Origin: the human T2T-CHM13v2.0 reference genome, Homo sapiens
DNA length: 64,000 bases
Strand: one strand, 5' to 3'
NCBI RefSeq assembly: GCF_009914755.1
Contig: NC_060945.1
Shown here: positions 56,064 through 64,000 of the stretch, piece by piece
How positions within the stretch are numbered: the stretch's first letter is position 1
Layout: each line of letters starts with the position of its first letter
The notes under the pieces: model-generated
What the model saw: only the letters and a program-made list of their open reading frames with translations
Databases searched by the model: none
Told to the model about the DNA's origin: nothing
Translations under genes and position numbers: made by a program

Positions 56064-56120
56064 GTCCTCTCTCTCAACAGGAAAACCCAAGTGCTGTTGG
56101 GGAGGTTGGCGATGACTGCT

Positions 56121-56356
56121 CTAACTGCTTCCTGCTGGCCTGGGGTGTAGTAGGGGTTGTGCAGTTGAGATTTCCTCAGGAGGGGTGCCTTCGATGTCGT
56201 TAACATTGGAGCATGGGCTGTCAGGGTGGTCCAGGGGTCCGCGGTAGATCTTAGTCATGGACTGCATCTGGGGCTCCATTTGAAGAATGATTTGTAGTTT
56301 TACAGCTTTAATTCTGGAAGAGACAAACTTAACAAGGAGGTTAAAGATACAGGGAT
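56121..56356 (-). pseudogene. env: HERV-W env remnant (end of TM anchor and cytoplasmic tail only)
   Basis: PCIFNLLVKFVSSRIKAVKLQIILQMEPQMQSMTKIYRGPLD...GTPPEEISTAQPLL...AGSS* matches the syncytin-1-family C-terminus. Confidence 0.92.
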
Positions 56357-57514
56357 TCAAATGTATGGCCTGGGGATACTTCTTAGGCACACTTTACAGG
56401 CCCCAACTACCTGCTTAAGAGTTTTGAAAAGTCCTGGTCCAGTAAATAACAATTTGGCCATCTGATGGGTGCTATCAATGCATAAGTGAAAGTTTTGGTG
56501 AGTGGTTTTAAGTAATTTCCATTGGTTAGCTGCAGGCAAAGGTATTTTTCCTTGTTCGGTGGCTTGCCATCCTGAGGGGAGAAAACTATGTCCTCGTGAG
56601 ATTCCCCATTCTATTTCTTCTTCTGAATACTGGGGCTTGGTTTCCCAGAGGGGATTACCCCATACTAGGGGTCCTTCTATAAGCATTTCTAATGGAGGGT
56701 CCTGCCTTGCAGCTCTTTTGGCTTCAATATCTGCTTGGCGGTTCCTTTCTATTTCCCTTTCCTTTCCTTTCTGATGACCCCGGCAGTGTAAGACTGCCAC
56801 CTCTTTAGGTTTCTGTACGGCCAATAATAATTCCCTAATGGCTTCCTGATGTTTGATAGGTGTTCCCTCAGAAGTTAGGAATTCCCTTTCTCTCCATATT
56901 ACTGCATGGGCATGGAGGACTAGGTAAGCATACTTAGAGTCTGTATATATATTTACCCTTTTTCCTTCTCCTAATTCTAGTGCCCGAGTGAGTTTTGCCA
57001 GCTGAGCACTAGTTCCTGGAGTGAGGGGATTACTTTCAAGTATTCCATTATCACTGACTACTGCATACCCCACTTTTTGAAGTCCTTTTTCTACAAAGGA
57101 TCTTCCATCAGTATACAAGTTAGGGTTGGGATCAGTCAAGGGAACCTCTAAATGGTCCCCTCGAGTGGCATAGGTTTGAGCAATTACTTGTTGACAGTTA
57201 TGTTCTATCTTTTCTTCATTGTGTGGAAGAAATGTGTCCAGGTTAAGAGCTGCACAAGTGCACAGTCGCAGCATTGGCCCTTCAAGTAATAGAGCCTGAT
57301 ATTTAAGTAAATGGTTGTCTGACAGCCACAAGTCTCCTTTAGCAGTGAGTATGCCATTCACATCATGTGATGTCCACACAGTAAGATTTCTTCCCTGTAT
57401 TATTTTAACTGCTTCAGATACTAAGACTGCTACTGCCACCACTACCCGTAAACAATGAGGCTGACCCTTTGCCACTACATCAATTTCCTTACTCAGGTAT
57501 GCCACGGGTTGCAA
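56357..57514 (-). pseudogene. pol: HERV-W pol 3' part: connection, RNase H and integrase HHCC zinc finger, truncated
   Basis: 385-aa ORF: PVAYLSK, LYTDGRS, NIYTDSKY, HCRGHQKG, NRQAD, HQNFH...CKVC. Confidence 0.93.
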
Positions 57515-58928
57515 ACTCGTCCCTCAGACCAGCGCAAGGACTCTTAGAGCTATTCATGTTTTTTTTTTTCTTTGTTTGTTTGTTTTTTGTGACATATGAG
57601 GAAAAGTCTTGCCCCGTTAGCAAGCTTAGCACTGGGGCTTGCATTAGGGCCTTCTTTAGGGCGTGGAAAGCTGCTTCTGCTTCAGGTGTCCATCTTACTA
57701 AATGGGTATTGGCTTTCTGAGTTTCCTTAATTAGCGTATATAACGGTCTGGCTATTTTGCCGTACCTGGGAATCCATATTCGGCAGAAACCTGTTATGCC
57801 AAGGAACCCTCTTAGTTGCTTTAGGGTTTTGGGATGAGGATAAGCCAGTATAGGCTGGATACGTTCCTCACTGAGGGCCCTGGTGACTTTGGATAATTTT
57901 AGCCCTAAGCATTTAACCTGCTGTGAGCAGAGCTGAGCCTTTGGTTTGGAAACCTTGTAGCCACAGGTAGTGAGGAAATTTAAGAGCGCTTGGGTGGCTT
58001 GATGGCACAAGGTTTCTGAACGGGCAGCTAAAAGTAAATCATCCATGCACTGAAGGACAGGAGTGTCCAGGTATGAGAACTGGCTCAAGTCTTGGGCTAA
58101 TGCCTGGCCAAATAGATGGGGACTATCCCTGAACCCTTGGGGTAAAACAGTCCAGGTGAGTTGAGATGTTGGGTTTGAAGGATCTTCAAATGCAAACAAG
58201 AATTGAGAGTCAGGATGTACAGGGATGCAGAAAAAGGCATCCTTAAGATCCAGGACTGTAAACCACTCTGCTTCCTCTGGTATTTGGGAAAGCAGAGTAT
58301 AAGGGCTAGGTATAGCTGGGTATAGAGGAAAAACAGCCTCATTGATAATCCTGAGATCTTGCACTAACCTCCACTGTCTTTTGGGTTTCTGTACTCCTAA
58401 AATTGGAGTATTGCAGGGGCTACTGTATGGTTTTACTAGGCCTTGGGCTTTTAGGTCCTTAACAATCTTTTGGAGTCTTTGTTGGGCCTCGGGTCTGAGG
58501 GGGTACTGCCTTTGATAGGGAAAGGAGGTGGAATCCTTTAGTTTAACTTGGACAAAATGGGCATTCTTTGCTTGTCCATATTGTCCTTCTGTTGCCCAGA
58601 CTTCAGGACTAATTCCTTCCTCAAGCAGGAGATGACAAATGGGTGTTCCTTCTCCTATGTTCAGGTGTATAATGGCCCCTGCTTTTACTAGAATCTCTCT
58701 CTCTAACAAGGGAGTGAGGCTTTCAGGCATAATTAGGAAAGCATGTGAAAAGGGTAAAGCTCCCCAGTCACAACTTAGTGGCTGGAAGAAGTATCTAGTG
58801 ACTGGCTGTCCTAGGACCCCTCGGATAGTGACAGATCTGGAGGACAGTTGTCCGGGACAGGAGAGTAAGACTGAGAAGGCCGCACCGGCGTCCAGGAGAC
58901 AGTTAACCTCTTGGCCCTCAATGGTCAA
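57489..58928 (-). pseudogene. pol: HERV-W protease-reverse transcriptase ORF with mutated catalytic motifs
   Basis: 479-aa ORF: LLDAGA (DTG motif), WRLVQDLR, LDLKDAFF, LPQGFRDSP, CMDD (YxDD motif), LRGFLG. Confidence 0.94.
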
Positions 58929-58985
58929 GCATACCTGGGGCTCTGTGAGGGTGATGGCATGGGCTGGCGCTTGCCCTGGGCACCC

Positions 58986-60445
58986 TCAGCCCTGCTGCTG
59001 GATCATCTGGTTAGTGTCTTCTGACTCAGAGGACCTTCATCCCCTGGGGCAGTGGGCCTTCCAGTGATTCCCTTGACATAAGGGGCATGGACAAGAGGGC
59101 GGCTTACTTCTACTTGGACAATCTTTTTTAAAGTGTCCTTGTAGACCGCACTGGAAGTAAGCCCTATTAGGCATTCGATTTGCCCAGCTTTTCCCTTTTA
59201 CAGAGCCTCCAAAGTCCACTTGCCTGAGGGCCATGACTAAAGTGATGGCCTTTTTTTTATCCTGTTTGTCCTGTTCTGCCTGCTCCTCCTGATCTCTATT
59301 ATAAAAAAGCGAGGTTGCCAAGTTCAATAGGGTTTCTAAGTTTTGCTCCAGGCCTAAGACAGACTTTTGAAGTTTTTTCCTAATGTCTGCAGCTGACTGA
59401 GTGATAAACTTATCCTTTAAGATTAGTTGGCCTTCACTAGAGTCAGGTGACAGGGAGGTATGCTTCCTCAATGCCTCCCTTAGTCTCTCCAGAAAGGCAG
59501 TAGGATTTTCTTCCTTTCCCTGTGCTATAGTGTACATCATTGAATAATTCACAGCCTTCTTCCTAGTTTTCCTTAGTCCTTCTAGCACACACGTGAGCAA
59601 ATGTCTGCGGCACCAATCTCCATGTTCTGATTCTGTGTGCCAGTGAGGGTCTACACTGGGGACTGCCTGCTGCCCTGTGGGGAATCATTCTCTTTCTTCT
59701 GTTGTCATCCTGTCATTGACCTGACTGAGATACCAGAGATCGCCAAACTCTCAGGCTGCAGTAATGGTGGCACTTTTTCATTTGGGGTTAGTGTCTGATT
59801 TAGCAGTAACATTATATCTCTCCATGTCAGATCAAAGGATTGTCCTAACCCTTGTAAAACATCAATATAGCCATCAGGGTTATCTGAGAATTTACCTAGG
59901 TCTATTTTAATTTGCTTTAAGTCTGAGAGAGAAAAAGTTACATGCACTCTGGCTGGGCTGAATTCTCCTCCTCCCGCTGCTTGGAGGGGGCATAATCGGG
60001 GAATATTGGCACTCTTTGGTTCATTGTTTACCCCTTTGTCTATCTCCTTTTGGACCATTTGGGCTGAAGCGGGGGTTCTTATTAGTTGGGGAAGGAGTCG
60101 GGGGATGTTGGGGTAGGGAGGTAGATTCTGAGGGCTTCCTGTAGGGCACAAGTCATACTTTTTGCATAACTGCGAGTTGTCTCTTAATGAAAAGAAAGTT
60201 TGTACATATGGCACTTCACTCCATTTGCCTTCTTTTCTACAAAAGAGGTCTAGCTGTAAGATGGTGTTATAATTTATACTTCCCTCAGGAGGCCAGCTTT
60301 CTTCCCCTTGAAGAGAATATCACGGCCAGGCGGTACTGCAGAAGAATATAAGTCATTTCTTTCTTAGCGTCTGAGGGTCAAATTGGTCCTAATTCTCCAG
60401 AATACATCTTAGGGGCAATTTTGCCTTGGGGGGAACGTTTCCCAT
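58986..60445 (-). pseudogene. gag: HERV-W gag, disrupted
   Basis: ATG at 60445 (MGNVPPKAK), TAG at codon 19, frameshifts; MHR QGKEENPTAFLERLREAL; zinc knuckles YFQCGLQGHFKKDC and CPLCQGNHWKAHC; terminal TGA at 58988-58986. Confidence 0.92.
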
Positions 60446-62352
60446 CTGAAAAAGGAACATAGGGATGCCAGCATCCCTAGTCATTTTCCGATGAGCATTA
60501 GTCCTAGAGTGTCCTCTGTGGTCCTAATGCTTATTCCTTTCCAGGGTGCGTAACCACCCATGGACCTCTGCTTATCGGATTAGTTACACTCACCGATGTA
60601 GCAGTCCTGCACCTGTTTTCCCGCCTTTCTTGACCACAAAGAAAGGGGTCCGGGCTGCTGGATTCTAGTGGTCCTTTACCAGCGTGCCCAACATTGCCTT
60701 TGCGCTCAGGGGTGAGTCCTAGAGCTGGGCTGGGTTCCTGAGTATTTCATAACAACCCAGCTGCCCCATCAAGATGCATTCCCATAAACAACAGTTTTTA
60801 TGCAAATTCGTTTCAGAGAGGGTGTAGCGAACCTTTTGAGTCAGGATTGAGATAGTCTTTTGATTCTGTAAGTACTTTAAGGCTTGGCTGAGTGCAAACA
60901 GCTCGCACATTTGAGGAGACCAATTATTAGGCAATTTTTCTAACTCTGCTTCCACAAGAGTCTCCGTATCAATTACTGAATACCCATTGTGTTTTTTTCC
61001 TCAATCACCTGGGAGGAACCATCTATCATCCTGTCCTGAAGGAAGATCCTCCTAGGTCTGGTCGGACCTTTGTATGGTAATTAAGATGTAAATCCCCTGT
61101 TAGAAAATCTGCTGGGTTAAGGGAATTATCAGCGGTTGGAGTTACATTACTTTTTTCTAACATAATGGCCCCATACTTTAAGATTTTTGAGTTAGTAAGC
61201 TACCTTTTTGCTTTTTTGACTTAGACTAATTCTGAACTGGTGAGGTGTGCTCACAGCGAAGTTTCCTCTAAAAGTTACTTTTCTACTTTTAGCAAAGCAG
61301 TTGCCGCTACCAACTGAATGCATTTGGTTCATCCGTGGGTTACTGGGTTAAGGATTTTAGACAGGAAGGCTATGGGTTGTCAGTGGCCTCAGTGCTTTTG
61401 GGCTACGCCCTTATTTACACTGACAACAAAGTGGCATTGGAGTGTTATAGGTTCATAGAGAAGATCTTCAATTATCAATTATGGGTTTCAAATTTACCCT
61501 GGCTTTTAAAGGAATAGGGCACACTTTTTTTTTTAACTATTTCTTTTTCTTTCTTTTACTCTTTGACTTCCTTGGAATCCGTGAGGCCAAGAACCTGCCT
61601 CTCTGTCTCTCTCTCTCTCTTCATCTCTCTCTCTCTCTCTCCATCTCTCTCTCTCCGTGTCTCTCTCTTAGCCATTACAAACTTGGGGCCCTGGCAAGGG
61701 TGGTGGGGAACGGGTCCTGCATAACTGCTCATGTCAAGAGCTGTATACCTAAATTAGGAGGGACGCCAGGGATAAGACTCCCTGGGCTATAGCCTAGGTG
61801 CCTGAGGACGCAGCGTAGAGCTTCCTTAGATCCCTTTGGAGATACAACTTGCTAGAGGAAATGAAAGTCTGAACCATTAGTACCTAGGAGGCAGGGATCA
61901 GAGGAAATAGATTCAGAGGTAAGGAGAATTTTGGGGCTATACTTTCAAGAAAGTCGTGTTCGGGACCCAGGAGGTATGGGTCAGAAGGAAAGGTAAGGGC
62001 GCATGCGTGGGCGACTGTTGAGTAGAGACTTCTGGCTGAGCCATGATCTCAATCAGCTACTGCTGGGAGGTCGGGACGACAGCTTTCTGCCTCTAGTTGG
62101 CCCTTGGTTTCCCCAAGAAAATTGAAAGTGGAAGCTGGCTCCAGGCAGACCAATGTCCCCAACAACCCCAGAAGGGTTGGGGGTTGTTAGAAAGCCCTTC
62201 CCCAGATAGCCTCACACCTGAGTCTTAAGTCAGGCGGCCACGCTAATCGTTTTTAACTGGCCGACAGGTGTCCGGTATTTTCCTCCACCTCTAAGGAAGG
62301 CTAGGACAGTATAGCAAGCGAAAGTGGTCCAATATTACTCACTGCTTTGGAT

Positions 62353-62370
62353 GTCCCTTCGTGGTTGCCA
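62353..62370 (-). promoter_or_regulatory. Primer-binding site TGGCAACCACGAAGGGAC (tRNA-Arg-like)
   Basis: 18-mer starting TGG, 3 nt after the U5 end TAACA. Confidence 0.88.
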
Positions 62371-62373
62371 AAA

Positions 62374-62892
<519 letters not shown>

Positions 62893-63540
62893 CCCATCCC
62901 TCTTTTTCTATCTCTACTTTTTCTCAATTATCTTCAGCTCAAAATAATTTATATGCCAAAATGGCATATTTTGGGGTGGCATATCCTAATCCCTTTCAGC
63001 ATAGAGGTTTATTTTTTTGAATCAATAACTGAGGAATAATTATTCTTACTAAAACTCAATAATTCAACTCAGAAGGGTCTTCCAAAGAAGTTGGTCTCCC
63101 AGCATGCTCTGGGTTCTGTTTGCTTGCTGATGGAACACAGTTAACATAGCTCACGGGACTCGTGATGCTTGCGTGCTGTGAATAATAAGACACTTTCGGA
63201 ATGGGGGCTCAGCACACTGTCAGGGCTCTCAGAGTTTGCCATTGTTATCATTATTATTATTAGCTATCATTGTTTTTATTGCCTACTATTACAATTTCTA
63301 ACATGCCTCTATTCGCCCTTCAAGTGAGTAAAACATTCCTCAGAACTTGCCTGGCAAAAGCACCTTGGAGAAGTTCAGGCTGCTGGTGAGGGTCTAGGGC
63401 TGACCCCAGCACGCCCTAAGGAAGGTCAGCCCAAGGGCAGGCACTTGGCTTGGTTAGTTGCTTTCTCCTGCCTAGGCTAAGTGTTAAGTGCTCTCTGAAT
63501 AGCCACTGCATAAAATTAGTGGATAACACAACTAACCTGG

Positions 63541-63886
63541 TGAATTAGTCTGTTTTCACGCTGCTGAAGTCATACCCGAGACCGGGAAGAAAGAGTTTTA
63601 ATGAACTCACAGCTCCATGTGGCTGGGGAGGCCTCACAATCATGGCCGAAGGTGAAAGGCACTTCTTACATGGCAGCAGCAAGAGCGAATCAGAGAGCCA
63701 AGCAAAAGGGATTTCCCCTTATAAAACCATCAGAACTCATGAGACTTATTCACTACCAGAGAACAGTATGGGGAAACTGCCGCCATGATTCAGTTATCTC
63801 CCACCAGGTCCCTCCCACAACAGGTGGGAATTATGGGAGGACAATTCAAGATGAGATTTGGGTGGGGACACAGCCAAACCATATCA
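63541..63886 (-). mobile_element. THE1 solo LTR
   Basis: TGAATTAGTC...AACCATATCA; perfect TSD CCTGG. Confidence 0.93.
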
Positions 63887-64000
63887 CCTGGCCACATGGC
63901 CTGGGGGTTCCAGGAACCTGGAAGTGGACTTAACTGTAATATCAAAGAAGAAGCTCCTCTGCCAACACTGACTTAGCAGAACTGTTTAATGAATTAGTTA

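Overview
Primate (human-like) non-coding DNA made up mostly of transposable-element relics. I find no host protein-coding exon, RNA gene or CRISPR-like array, and nearly all ORFs in the track are repeat-derived. The main element is a ~7.2 kb HERV-W (LTR17/HERV17) processed pseudogene on the minus strand (about 55697-62909). Its structure is R-U5-PBS-leader-gag-pro-pol(ΔIN)-env tail-U3-R-poly(A), with a 12-bp target-site duplication (TSD), which indicates L1-mediated retroposition of a retroviral genomic RNA. Also present: two decayed ERV-L internal regions, several L1 fragments, about 14 Alu/FLAM copies, many MaLR/ERV1 LTRs, hAT MITEs, a long compound (TATC)n STR and a strong CTCF motif. The structures least explained by standard annotation are (1) a 98-bp near-perfect non-TE inverted duplication with a 17-bp tandem duplication at one junction, (2) a 28-nt inverted copy of the HERV-W U5 inside its own leader, and (3) an L1PA insertion joining an inverted 5'UTR directly to the 3' end. 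I see no evidence for a new multi-gene system. Subfamily names come from remembered consensus sequences and need Dfam/RepeatMasker confirmation.
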